The notes beneath the pieces are model-generated. The model searched no databases. It saw only the letters and a list, made by a program, of their open reading frames with translations, and was not told the DNA's origin. A program made the position numbers and the translations under genes. This document shows positions 43,057-56,281 of a DNA stretch of 64,000 bases, piece by piece (the stretch's first letter is position 1; each line of letters starts with the position of its first letter). Origin of the DNA: the human T2T-CHM13v2.0 reference genome, Homo sapiens; the NCBI RefSeq assembly GCF_009914755.1, contig NC_060938.1; one strand, given 5' to 3'.

Positions 43057-43479
43057 GATACATGGGAATTTGAATCCAGGATCATGTGATTACAAAGTCC
43101 ACTGACACGAGGACACTTTCATACTGACACATATTTTGTGGCATTGGAAAATAGTTGTAAAACACATTTTTGATAAGCATTTAGTTTTTGAAGATATTAA
43201 ATGTATTTACTGTCTTTCTTTAAATGGAACAACCCAGCTCTCTTTAAATGGTATTTATCTGTAAAATAACCAAATAATTCACCACATTTGCATCCAGATA
43301 GTTCCTGGGATTTCTCCTCACCCCCATAACTATATCTTACTGTAAGTCTTGTAATTTGAGTGATATATACTAGCTAGCAAACATTTTTTAAAATATATCG
43401 ATCATTTATATACATTTAATGTTGAAAACTCAAAACACCATTTGGCTGCTTTTCCAGAGTGATTAAAAACTTTGTGTCG

Positions 43480-43786
43480 GGTCAGGAGCAGCAGTTCATG
43501 CCTATAATCCCAGCACTTTGGGAGGCTGAGGCATGCAGATCACTTGAGCTCATGAGTTTGATTCCAGCCTGGGCAATATGGCAAAATCCTGTTTCTACCA
43601 AAAATACAAAAAATTAGCTGGGCATGGTGGCATGGGCCTGTGGTTCCAACTACTTGGGAGGCTGATGTAGGAGGACGACTTGAGCCTGGGAGGCAGAGGT
43701 TGCAGTGAGTCAAGATCTGCCACTGCACTCCAGCCTGGGCTGGAGTCTCAAAAAAAAAAAAAAAAAAAAAAGAAAACAAAAGAACC
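43480..43786 (+). mobile_element. AluJ (Jb-like)
   Basis: Dimeric Alu with cttgagc J-type positions; TSD taa(a/c)aactttgtgtc at 43464-43478 and 43787-43801. Confidence 0.9.
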
Positions 43787-44374
43787 TAACAACTTTGTGT
43801 CAAAGAGGGAGAAGAAGATTAAAAATATAAGTAAAAAATAACAAAGAGAATAACCTTTTAAAATATATAGTATGTGTTTGTTTTCTTATTTACTTGAGTT
43901 TACATAAATATATGCCTTCATAGAATTACCAAGATGCTGTAGGTTCTCAAAGTAGACTTCTGAAAAATTGGAATATATCAAACACACACAAACAACAGTA
44001 CCTATGACTAAATCTGTGTCTTTAAACTGGATGAGTGTGACAATTAAGGAAGTTTAATAATAGTCACAGTGGTGTACTATATAAAATGCTTCTCCACAGT
44101 AATATTACAGACATTGCAAGTATGTATTAATAAGCACATTTATTTTCATTTCTAAGAGTAGAATTCTATTAAAAATAAATATTTTGTTACTTTGATCAGG
44201 ATGTATTTTATTGTCTGTGTTTGAAGAGAAGGCAATATTAATTTATCACAGTTTAACAAAGGCACGATTTCTCAAAAGCATAATTTGAAGTTACATAATA
44301 ATGTACAGATATTTTGCCAATTCTTAACCTAGGTTATGACACTTTACACATTCTTTTTTAGAATATGCTTTGTA

Positions 44375-44468
44375 AAAATTATTTTATTGCGGTAAGAATG
44401 CCTAACCTGAGAGCTATCCTTTTAACAGATTTTTAAGTGTACAATACATTATTGTTGTCTATAAGTAT
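44375..44468 (-). mobile_element. Short L1MA 3'-terminal fragment
   Basis: Similar to the L1 3' end at 46165-46250 (ttattg.ggtaagaa...atttttaagt.tacaatac). Confidence 0.65.
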
Positions 44469-44470
44469 AG

Positions 44471-44803
<333 letters not shown>

Positions 44804-46149
44804 CATATCTTGGTCTTAAAAGTTATTTCAGAATTTTAAATATATATTGCAGAACTTTTCCTCACATTATCAAATGTTAACAGGACATAACCTGCACCAA
44901 AATCCTTTCATATGCTTGTTACATTCTCAAATAGAAGATCAGATATTGACATGTTTCGTACATCACTTCCTTATATAAACATTTTCTTATCCTGAATATA
45001 ATAATTAATGATATGTGGTAACAATGATATTTATTAAATTCCAATTTGGGTTCAGTAGTTTCAGTAGTTGTTCTTTATACATTTTATATACTAGATGTTG
45101 TAGAATCTTGATATATTCTCAGATATTTGTTGAGTTCATAGAATAGATAAAAAATTTTGGCTGAAAATGAGAACATTTTCTTGAGTATATTAACGAATAA
45201 GAAGGTTATAAATATGCTATATAGACTGGAACATTAAATTAAGCAAAAGTATTTATTCCAAAAGTGAAACATGGTCATCTACTGCAAATATAGCATTCTT
45301 TAAATGATAGATATAAAAATGAGAAATGCAAAGGCAATGTTTACAACCTCTGCTCCCGCGTTAGTCTCTAGGAGTGATTTCTTTCCCCTTCTGGTCATGC
45401 CTGGCTTAAAGGTAGGTAAACCGTTTTAGTGCATTGGTTTGCATGATAATAGAAAATGTCCTTTACAGAGTAATGATAAGGGCTAACACATTGCATAGCA
45501 TAAAGAATGTAGTTATAAGAGTAAGTGAACAAGTGATGGAAGGGATAATTCACAGTAGGTAATGGCACTGTCTATGGCCATCATTAGAAAGTACTGTCTG
45601 ATAATATAAAATTTTCCATATTAAGCCTAGAAACTTAAGCTAATATAGATTTTAGTAACTGTTCTTTGTCCCTCCATTTCATAGCCAAAGTTGTGTCAAA
45701 TAAGTAATGTTTCAGTAACCCCAACTGTACTGATAGTAAAGTAGGAACAGTTGACTCTGAGTGTACGGCATGTCTCCAAGATCAAATAGTTTTGTCAAAA
45801 GATTAAAGAACTGTCCTTTCTTTACATCATCCACTCCCCAACTTTTTCCTTACTGACAAAGAGTGTAGAGATGACTGGAAGAATTCCAAAATGATGGTGG
45901 CAATTTTGGAGTGACAAAAAGGTTTTGAGAAAAGCCAAAAAATTTTGGCTACATTTACCTTGAATGATAACAACATTAGGAAAATTTATCAATGATAATA
46001 CATAAATTTATCAGCAATTTCAAGTGCATCATGGCAAATATTTGTAATTTATGCTAAATGCTCATTTACATACATATTATAAATAAGGTATTCAATTTTC
46101 AATTTAATGTTTTATAGAATACCCCAACTTTAAAGTGTATCTGTATTTT

Positions 46150-49100
46150 AATGTATTTATTATTTTATTTTATTGTGGTAAGAAGACTTGACATCTAGCC
46201 TCTTAAATTTTTAAGTATACAATACCTTATTGTTGACGATAGGTAGAATGTTGTAGAGCATATCTTTAGAACTATTCATCTTGCTTGACTGAAACTTTAA
46301 GACCCTTGATTGATAACTCCCCTTTTGCCCCTAGAAACTACCCTTCTATTCTTTGACTCTATAAATTTAACTATATTAGATACCTCATATAAGTGGAATT
46401 ATGCAGTGTATTTTTCTCTATGACTGGCTTATTTCACTTAGCATAAAGTCCTCAAGGTCCATAGATGTTATTGCAAATGGCAGGATGTCTTTCTTTTTTA
46501 AGGTTGAGTAATCTTTTGTGTATATATACCATTGTATATTCATTCAAGTGTCAATGGACATTTAGATTGTTTTCACATCTTAGGTATTGTTATTGCTGTC
46601 ATAAACATAGGAATGCTAATATCATTTTTCAGATCCTGATTTAAAATATTTTCGATAAATACCCAGAAGTGGGGTTGCTGGATCATATGATAGTTCTGTA
46701 TTTAATTTTTCATGGAACCTCCATATTGTTTTCCATAGTGTCTGCACCATTTTGCATTTTCACCAACACCATGCAAGAGTGACAATTTCTTCACCTTCAT
46801 ACCAACTCATATTGTTATTTTTAATGTGTGCGATAATAGTCATATTGCTGAGTATGATATATTTCATTTTGGTTTTAATATGCATTTCCCTGGTAAGTGG
46901 TGGCATTGAGTACTTTTTCACTTACCTGTTGACCTATGTATGTCTTCTTTGGAAAAATGTTATTTGAGTCCTTAGCCCACTTTATAATCAGGATTTTATT
47001 ATTGATTTATAAGAGTTCCTTATATATTTTAGAGCTTAATCCCTTATCAGATATATGGTTTGAAAATATTTTCTCTCATTCCATAGGCTTCTCTTTACTT
47101 GTGAATTATTTCCTTTGCTGCGCAGAAGCTTTTTAGTTGGATATAGTCCCACTTGTCTATTTTTGATTTTGTTGCTGTGCTTTTAATGTCAAATCCATTA
47201 AACAATGTCTATGACAAATATCATGAAGCTTTCCCCCTATGTTTTCTTCTAGGAATTTTACAGTTTCAGGTCTTATATTTAAATCTCTAATACATTTTGA
47301 GTTGATCTTTGTGTATGCTGGTAAGATAGGAGTTCAATTTTATTCTTTTGCATGTGGATATCCTCATTGTGTATTCTGGGCACCCTTGTCAAAGATCAGT
47401 TGACACCAGATGTCTGGATTTATTTCTTGGCTCTTTAGTTTGTTTCATTGGTCTACATGTCTGTCTTTATGATTTTGCAATATACTTTGAAGTCAGGAAC
47501 TGTGATGCCTCCAATTTTGTTTTTTTTTTTCAAAATTGATTTGGTTATTTTTGGTCTTTCGTGGTTCCATGTATTAGAATTGTTTTCTCTATTGAACATA
47601 GTGGCTCACACCAATAATTCCAGCTATGTGGAAAGCTGAGGGTAGGAAAATTGCTTGAGGCCAGGAGTTTGAGACCAGCCTGGGCAACATAGTGAAACCG
47701 CCATCTCTAATACAACTTTTAAAAATAAAAGAGTTAGCCGAGTGTGGTGTCATGTACCTGTAATCCAGCTACTCTAAAGACTACTTGGAAGGCTGAGGTG
47801 GGAGGATCACTTGAGTCCAGGAGTTTGAGGCTGCAGTGAGCTATTCTTGGACAACTGCACTACAGCCTGAATGACAGAAGAGGGCCCTATCTCTAAAAAT
47901 AAGGTAAATAGAAGGAATTATTTGTTATATTTCTGTAAAAAAAAGTCACTGAGATTGTGATAGGGATTGCACTGAATTTGTTCATCACATCGGGTAGTGT
48001 TGACATTTTGATAATATAAAAATCTTCTAATGTATGAACACAGGATATTATCCTATTTGTGCTATGTTTAATTGCTTTCATCAATTTTTTTTAGTTTTTA
48101 AATATACAAGTCTTTCATCTCCTTAGTTATGTTTATTCGAGATATTATTTTTATGCTAACATAAAGGAGATTATCTTTCTAATTGCATTTTTAGATTTTT
48201 AGTTAGAAATGCAACTAATTTTTGTATGTTGTTTTGGTATCTGGCAACTTTACTGAATTTGTTAGTTGTAACAGTTTTTTGGTGGAGGTTTTAGGGTTTT
48301 CCATACATAAAATTCTGTCATCTGCAAACAGGACAATTTTACTTCTTCCATTCTGAATCAGATGCCTTTTTTTCCCCTTTTGTTGCCTATTTCCTTTGGC
48401 TGGGAAAGCCAGTGTTCATTGAATGTACGTGATGAGTGTGGTCATTTTTGCCTTGTTCCTAATCTTACAGAAAACCTTTCGGTTTTCATCATTGAATATG
48501 ATGTTAGTTGTGGGCTTGTCATACATAGCCTTTGTTATGTTGAGGTAATTATTTCTATTCCTACTTTGTTAAGACTTTTTAAAACTGTGAAATGGTATTA
48601 CATTTTGTCAAACATTTTTTCTGAAAATATTTGGACAATCATGTGCATTTTGTCTTTTCTCTTTTTATGTGGTCAGTTATTTTTGTGTGTTGAACTATTA
48701 TTATATCCTAGCAGGAAATCCCACTTGGTCTTGTAGCATCATCTTTTTAATGTGCTGTTGCATTTTGTTTGCCAGCATTTAATTGAGTATTTTGCATATA
48801 TATTCATCAGAAATATTGACTTGTAGCTTTTCATTCCCCCTTTGGTGCTTTTGTCTAGTTTTGGTATCAGAATAATGCTGGATAAAATGGATTTGGATGT
48901 GTTTTTTTTGGAAGAGTGTGGGAAGTATTGGCATTAATTCCTCTTTAAATGTTTGGTAGAATTTACCAGTAAAGTCATCAGGTCCTAGCACTTTAATTCT
49001 TCACAGGGTTTTGGAACACTGATTCAATCAAAATACTAGTTATAGGTCTGTTCAGACTTTCTGTGTCTTCATGATTTAGTCTTAGTGGGATGTATATTTT

Positions 49101-51345
49101 CAGGAATGTATCCATTTCTTGGTTATCCAGTGTGTTGGTATATAATTATAATAGTCACTTATTATCCTTTTAATTTTTGTGGCATCAGTTTCTTGTTGAC
49201 AATATAGAGTTGAGTCTTGTTTTTTAAAAATTTACTCAGCCACAATATCTTTTGATTGGTGTGTATAACTCATTTACATTTAAAGTGATTATTGATAGCA
49301 AAGGATTTACTATTGCCATTTACTTAGTTATTTTTCATTAGTCTTGCAGTTCTTTTGTATTTTTTTCCTGCTGTCTTAACTTTGTGTCTTGGTTTGTTTT
49401 TATTGGTATGCTTTGATTCCTTTCTCTTTTTCTTTGTGTAAGTTCTATAAGTTCTTTTTTGTTACCTTGGGGCTTACATAAAATATTTTATTGTATAACA
49501 GTCTATATAAGTCTGTAATAGTGTATTTATGCTGATAGAAACCCAAGTTCAATTGCATATGAAATCTCTATACTTCTTCACCCCCATATATTTTATGTAT
49601 TGTTATGTATTATTGTTACAATTTACCTGTATTCATACTGTAAATCATTTAACTTTTCTAGGTATGGTTATTTTTAATACTTTTGTCATTTAAATTCTTA
49701 ACTAGAATTGAAAGTGAGTTACTCACTACCATTACAGTAATTCAGTATTCTATATTGGTCTATATATACTTTTATCAATGAGTTTCATAATTTCTTATAT
49801 TATGATATTGCTGTTTATCTTTTCATTTCAACTTAAAGAAATGCCTTTAACACTTCTTGTTAGGCAGGTCCAGTAGTGATGAACTCCCTCAGTATTGTAT
49901 GTCTGAGACAGTTTTTAATCTATTCTTTTGAGGTATAGTGTGGTATTCTGTAATATAATAGTGTAAGACTAATATAGTATAGTATAAGAATACTACAGTA
50001 ACTATATAGATACTATATGATTCTATATCTTTGAGGTAAGGTGCAGTATTCTTGGTTGCCTGATTTTTCCTTTTAGAACTTTGAATACATCATTGTACTC
50101 CCTTATGGCCTGAAAGAGTTCTGCTGGAAAATCTACTGGTAGCCTTCATGAAGTCTCCCTTGTGTGTGACAAGTTGTTTTTTCTTGTTGCTTCAAAATAC
50201 TCTTTTTGTCTTTGACTTTTGACAATTTGATTATAATGTATCTCAGTGTAGATTTCCTTGGGTTCATTTTATTTGGTAGTGTGTGAGTTTTTTGGACCTT
50301 GATGTCCATTCTCCCCCTAGATTTGGGAAGTATTCGGCCATCATTTCTTTAATCTTTCTTATCCTTTTTCTCTTCTAAGACTGCCATAATGTCTAAATTA
50401 GCATATTTGATGCTGTCCCATAATTCTCTTAAACATTCTTCACTTTTTAAAATTTCTTTATTTTTTTGCTTCTCTGGCTAAATTATTTTCAGTGACATAC
50501 CTTTAAGTTCAGTGACTCTTTCTTCTGCTTAATCTAGTCTGCTGTTGAACACCTCCAGTGAATTTTTCCAGTTCAGTTATTGTGTCCTCCAGCTCCATGA
50601 TTTCTGTTTGACACATTTTAATATTTTCTCTTTTTTGAAATTCTCACTTTTCATGCATTGTTCTCTTGATCTTAAGAAGCATTTTTATGAAAAATATTTT
50701 TAATTCTTTCTTAGGTTAATTATTAACTATGTTTCATTAGTTTCTGGAGATTTATCTTGTTACTTTGTATGAAACATTTTTGCCTAAGTCTTTATTTTCC
50801 TTGATTTTGTGTGCATCTTTACATTATCCAAAGCAGACATCTCTTTGTGAACCTCTACCAACCCATTTCTTCCTCAAGGGATGCTGGGAGGTAGATTTTC
50901 TTAACCCCTTACTCTGTACTAAGCAAGGATGAGGATTAGTAATGCCTACCAGCTCAAGCCATCACTTTCATTCTCCCCTAGGTGGCTGAACCCGTCAGAG
51001 CTCAGGCCTGGCAAGACAGAAGCCAAACCTCTGGGGAGCCCTTCAGAAAAGCTAAAACCCTGAATGCACTGCCTAACCTTTTTCTTTCCCTGGGTGAATC
51101 TGAAAGCTAGAGGGCGTTTCCCTGATCATGTTGTACTGTGCCTGGGTAGGAATGTCTCAAATCTTTCTACTGGCTTTATAAGTTTCGTTTTGCTTCCTCT
51201 AAGGAGAACAGAAACAGTACATTTTCAATTAATTTCTGATTTCCCACAAAGATAATTAGTCCATGAATTGCTGCTGAATCAGTGTATTTCGGGGTAAAGG
51301 AGGAGGATCCAAGGCTTCCTCCTCTACCATGTTGTTGACCTCAGT
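46150..51345 (-). mobile_element. Old L1MA/MB spanning 3' end to 5' UTR, with internal deletions
   Basis: Continuous antisense L1 from 3' terminus through ORF2 remnants (48779-48991 'GPDDFTGKFYQTFKEELMPIL'), ORF1 and 5' UTR-like sequence. Confidence 0.85.
47590..47912 (+). mobile_element. AluJ (Jo/Jr-like) nested in the L1
   Basis: 'cttgaggccaggagtttgagaccagcctgggcaacatag...cttgagtccaggagtttgaggctgcagtgagctat'. Confidence 0.88.
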
Positions 51346-52285
51346 GTATATTAACCTATTATATAATTTCTAAAATATATCCAATCATTGTATGTTAGTA
51401 AACCAAATGTTAAGAGATAGGGTAATATAACTTTTTCATGCGACTGGCTTCATTTTCATACCATCATTATAATGATATTTTGGTATATTCTATATCCCTC
51501 CCCTATGTTCAACTGTGAAAATATAAGCAAATGCATCAAAAAATAATCATGTCATAAAAGTCTGGATTTACAAAATAAATCAGGAACTCATTAAATAAAA
51601 GTATTTTAATTACATATACATGAATACCTCTGAATTAAATTTGTGTTTAAAAAATGGTACTTTTTAAACCAGGAATGTAGATAGTAAAGGAGACCCTAAA
51701 TTGGAAAGAACAAAAATGAAGAAAAGAAAGATGAGATAAGACCAATGTTTAATGACTACACCCTATGTGGCTGGGGCTTAACCACTTTCAACCTGTCTCC
51801 TCATTTATAAACAGCAGTTTGGGGCTGGCTTGAGGGTTTCTGTGCATGACTTTGAAATTCATATTGACTCCAAAGGATAGAGTACCCAAGATTCTTTAAA
51901 TCAGCTTTTCCAGACATGGAGCAGAAAGAAAAGAGGAAAATGTAAGACTTAAAAAAGTGTCAAACGTCAAATAATGGAGTCATAACATTTATTACACAAT
52001 ATTGTTCATAATAGCCAAAAAGTGGTACAACCCAAATGTCCACCAATATCAATGACTAAACTAAATATGGTATATCCATAGAATAAAATACTATTTGATA
52101 ATACAATAGGAATGAAGTACTTATGAGACATGCTACAACATGGATGTATTTAAAAAATATTATGCTAAGAGAAAGAAATCAGTCATAGAAAACCACAAAT
52201 TGATTCCATTTGTATAAAATGTGTAGTATCGATGACTCTAAAGAAACAAAAGAAATAGATAAATAATTGCCTAGAGATGGGAGGT

Positions 52286-53098
52286 TGGTGTGGTTTGAAT
52301 GCATGTCCCCTCCAAATCTCATGTTGAAATAGGATACCTAATGTTGGAGGTAGGGCCTAGTGAGAGGTATTGGATTATCAGGGCAGGTTCCTCAAGAATG
52401 GCTTAATGTCATTCCCTTGGTGATGAATGAGTTCTTATTCTAGTAGTTCATGGGAAATCTGTTTGTTTAAAAGAGTATCCCATCAATGGTAGACTGGATA
52501 AAGAAAATGTGGTACATATACACTATGGAATAATACACAGCCTTAATAAAGAATGAAATCATGTCCTTTGCAGCAACGTGGTGGAACTGGAGGCCATTAT
52601 CCTAGGCAAACTAACACAGGAACAGAAAACCAAGCACCACCTGTTCTCATTTTTAAGTGAGAGCTAAACATTGAGTACATATGGACACAAGTAAGGGAAC
52701 AGGAGAAAACAAACACCAGGGCCTACTTGAGGGTGGAGCGTGGCGGGAGGATGTGGATCAAAAAACTACCTATCAGGTACTATGCTTATTACCTGGGTGA
52801 TGAAACAATCTGTACACCAACCCCACCCACTGTGACTCACGATTTACCTATGTAACAAATCTGCACATGTACTCCTGAACCTAAAATAAAATTTAAAAAT
52901 AAATAAATGAAATTAAATCAGTAGAGTGTGACACCTTCCACCCCTCTCTTGCTCCTGCTCTCGCCATGTAACATGCTTTCTCCCCTTCACCTTCTGCCAT
53001 GATTGTACAGACTGCAGAACCATGAGCCAGTTAAACCTCTTTATAAATCAGTCAGCCTCAAGTATTTCTTTATAGCAATGCAAGAACAGATTAATACA
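52286..53098 (+). mobile_element. MST (MSTB-like) solo LTR interrupted by an L1
   Basis: Starts tggtgtggtttgaatgcatgtcccctccaaatctcatgttg and ends gattaataca; TSD gaggt/ggggt. Confidence 0.85.
52479..52920 (+). mobile_element. Older L1PA 3' fragment nested in the MST LTR
   Basis: cccatcaatggtagactggataaag ... cctgaacctaaaataaa; flanks agagtat / agagtgt. Confidence 0.88.
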
Positions 53099-54254
53099 GG
53101 GGTGGACTGGGAAGAAATGGTAAGTGACTGCTAATCGTACAGTATTTCTTCTTGAAGTGTTCTACAAAAGACTAAATATTAATTCTATGATGTTATTATC
53201 ATGTTGCTGCGAGCTCAGGTAAACTTTGTTTCTTATTCTTTGTGAAATATAAAATTGCGCTTTTTTCTCATGCTGTTGTGAAGATAATGTATATAAAACA
53301 CATGCAACATTTAATTAAAAATATAAAGGGCTTGCTATATACTTTACTTGTGTTATCTTATTTAGTCCTCACAACAACCTTGCAAAGCAAAATTCTATGT
53401 TTTTACAGCTAAGGAGACTGGCACTTGAAGAGATTAGGTACTTTCCATTTACAGTCTATATATTTTTTTCCATATGTCACACTGCTTCTTACACAAAGGT
53501 TAATTGAATATTATTTAGAATTTCCATCATCCACAAACAAGCAAATTTCAAAATATGGCATATGACTGCTTTAAGTAAAATGTGGAGTTATAAATAGCTT
53601 CATTAAATAGCATGTTGACAAGATATTTACAGTTTTATACTGCCAAATTTCAGATTTTATCTGTTTTTAATTCACACCAAATGAAAATATGACTTTGATG
53701 GCCTCTGTAAAACATGTCATGTGCAAAAATAAAATGGAAGAGCAACCTGAAATGAATTCACTTCAGGGGATTTTATGAACCATCAACTCAGCTTTCAGTT
53801 TGCTCACGATGAAAGATGGATGTAATAGGTGAAAAAGCAAGAACTTAGAGCAGTCCTCTTTGACATATAATGTGTAAACAAATATACGACTAACAGTATA
53901 TACAATTTAATAGAAAAATAGTATAGAAATCTGTTTTAATAATTAGAGCATGAATTTCACAGATGTTTAGAAAATATTGAATTACAAAATATTAGTTACA
54001 AAACCTTTATAATTTTCATTAAAGAATTAAGAATACCTGAAAAATATTACCCTAACTTAAATTACAATATCTGTTGATTTTACTTTCAGAAAGTAGACCA
54101 GGAATAAATATAAATGTTCTAATAATGGTATTAACAATTTCTGAGAAAACAAATGCTTTTTGCTTTCATTATGAATTAACCATTTAACAAGTGATTTGGG
54201 AGCAATAATAAATAAGGTAAATTCAAGGCATTTGAAAGCTTTCTGAAATTGTAG

Positions 54255-54505
54255 ATGGCAGTGTGATATAATGGTTAAATGTGATATAATGGTTAAGTCA
54301 AAAGACCTGAACTTGAATTCCAACTCTTCTGCTTTCTTATGGTGCAAATTTGGGCAAGGTGCTTAATATCCCTGAGCCTCAGTCTAAGGGTTAAATGGTA
54401 AAAGTAATACTCATCTTGAATGGATTTAATACAGAAGAAATCAGCATTATATGTAAAGCCTGTAGAGTGTTGTCTGATATAAGATAAACACTCAATAAAT
54501 GGAAG
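54255..54505. mobile_element. MIR SINE with an 18-bp tandem duplication at its start
   Basis: 'tttgggcaaggtgcttaatatccctgagcctcagt'; tgtgatataatggttaa at 54262-54278 and 54280-54296. Confidence 0.7.
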
Positions 54506-54919
54506 ATCTAGCTATATATATTGGATACTCAAATCCTCACACTGAAAAATGAAGTTGAAATATTGACAAGTTGGTAAACTGAGTCTGTCTAGGTAACCAA
54601 ATTTGATCACTCAGAATGGAAATAGTTTTTGGATTATTCAAAAATGTATTCCTCATGTGCTTTCCTGAAGAAATGGTATATGTACTCTGTATTTCAGATA
54701 TACAAAGAAAATTAAATTATGTGAGGAAGTGTCCCAACTGGAAACTCTGTAAAGATAGTCTAGTAAAGTAAAAGGGAAATTTGGGTTGGTACAAAAAACT
54801 AATTCAGAAAAGCAATTTAAAAAATAATAAAATTTTTTAACAGTTTGGGCTAAAACTGGCTTATGTTATAACTCATTACCTTCAGATTCTTAAAAGAAAA
54901 AATTTTAACACAAAATTAG

Positions 54920-55241
<322 letters not shown>

Positions 55242-56281
55242 TATTTTAAGTATTAAAATATTATTCTACTGGGACAGGAATTAAGCTTTGGGTTAATATG
55301 GTTATATCCACTTAGAAATTTATTTAAAGGTGTATACCTAGGAATGGCTGATTGAAACTACCAGTAATATCCTGACACAGGCAACCTCAGTGAGAACAGT
55401 TAGTTAGTTTGAATTTCAGTGATCACGATGGAAAAAAAAAGAGCAATAGGCTTAATAGAAGACATCTTTGTAGTATAAGATATAAAACTTTGACCTTGAT
55501 TGTATAATTTTTCTGAAAGCTAAAAAAATAGAACAAATTTCTGCTTTTGCAAATTTTAGTACTTTTTTTCTAGCTTAAGAGTGGAAGGTTGAAACAATTT
55601 TGAAGTCTAAATATTTTTTTCTGAATTTGAGTGTTTTTCTTAAGCTTAGCAAAAGTATTTGACTAGTAACTTTAAAACAAAACCAATTTTAATTTGTTAA
55701 TTCCACTTTATTTATTAAACTATTGCAATTTACAAATTTATTTTTCATCTAAAAAAATAGGCATATTTTTCATTTAGAGACTCCAAGACAGAGAAAGTGA
55801 AAACCCTGACCATACCTGCAGTCTGTTTTAGTAGTGGTCCCTTTAATAATTACTAAAGCAATTCACAAAATGTGCTGCTGTGTTCCAACAAATTTATCCT
55901 TCTCCACTTCTACTGAGGTTATGTTTATATACAATAATATGTTCAGATTTTAAGGGTTGAATTAGTTTTAACAAATGCCAACAGGTATGTGGAAGGCCAG
56001 CTTAAAATCTTTACCATTTTTTCATTGAGTTGCCATTTGTTCTGGATCAAAGTCCTTTGTCAAATTATCTGTTGTTTCTATTTCTTCCCACTCTGTGGCT
56101 TGCCAGATTGTTTTTTAACGGTTATTTTGATAAGTGTAAGTTTTTATTTTGATGAGATTTAATTTATTATTTTTTCCTTATGGTTTGTTCTTTTTGTGAC
56201 TTTTCTGAAAAATTTTTGCCCGACCTAAGTTAGAAGAAATTTATCTATGTTTTCTTCTAGGAACCATCATGCTCCTTTTTC

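Larger units (their letters stand above)
51975..53165 (+). mobile_element. L1MB/ME 3' fragment, outer host of a three-level nest
   Basis: 'ttcataatagccaaaaagtggtacaacccaaatgtcc...tgctacaacatggatg...gattccatttgtataaaatg', resuming after 53103. Confidence 0.7.
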
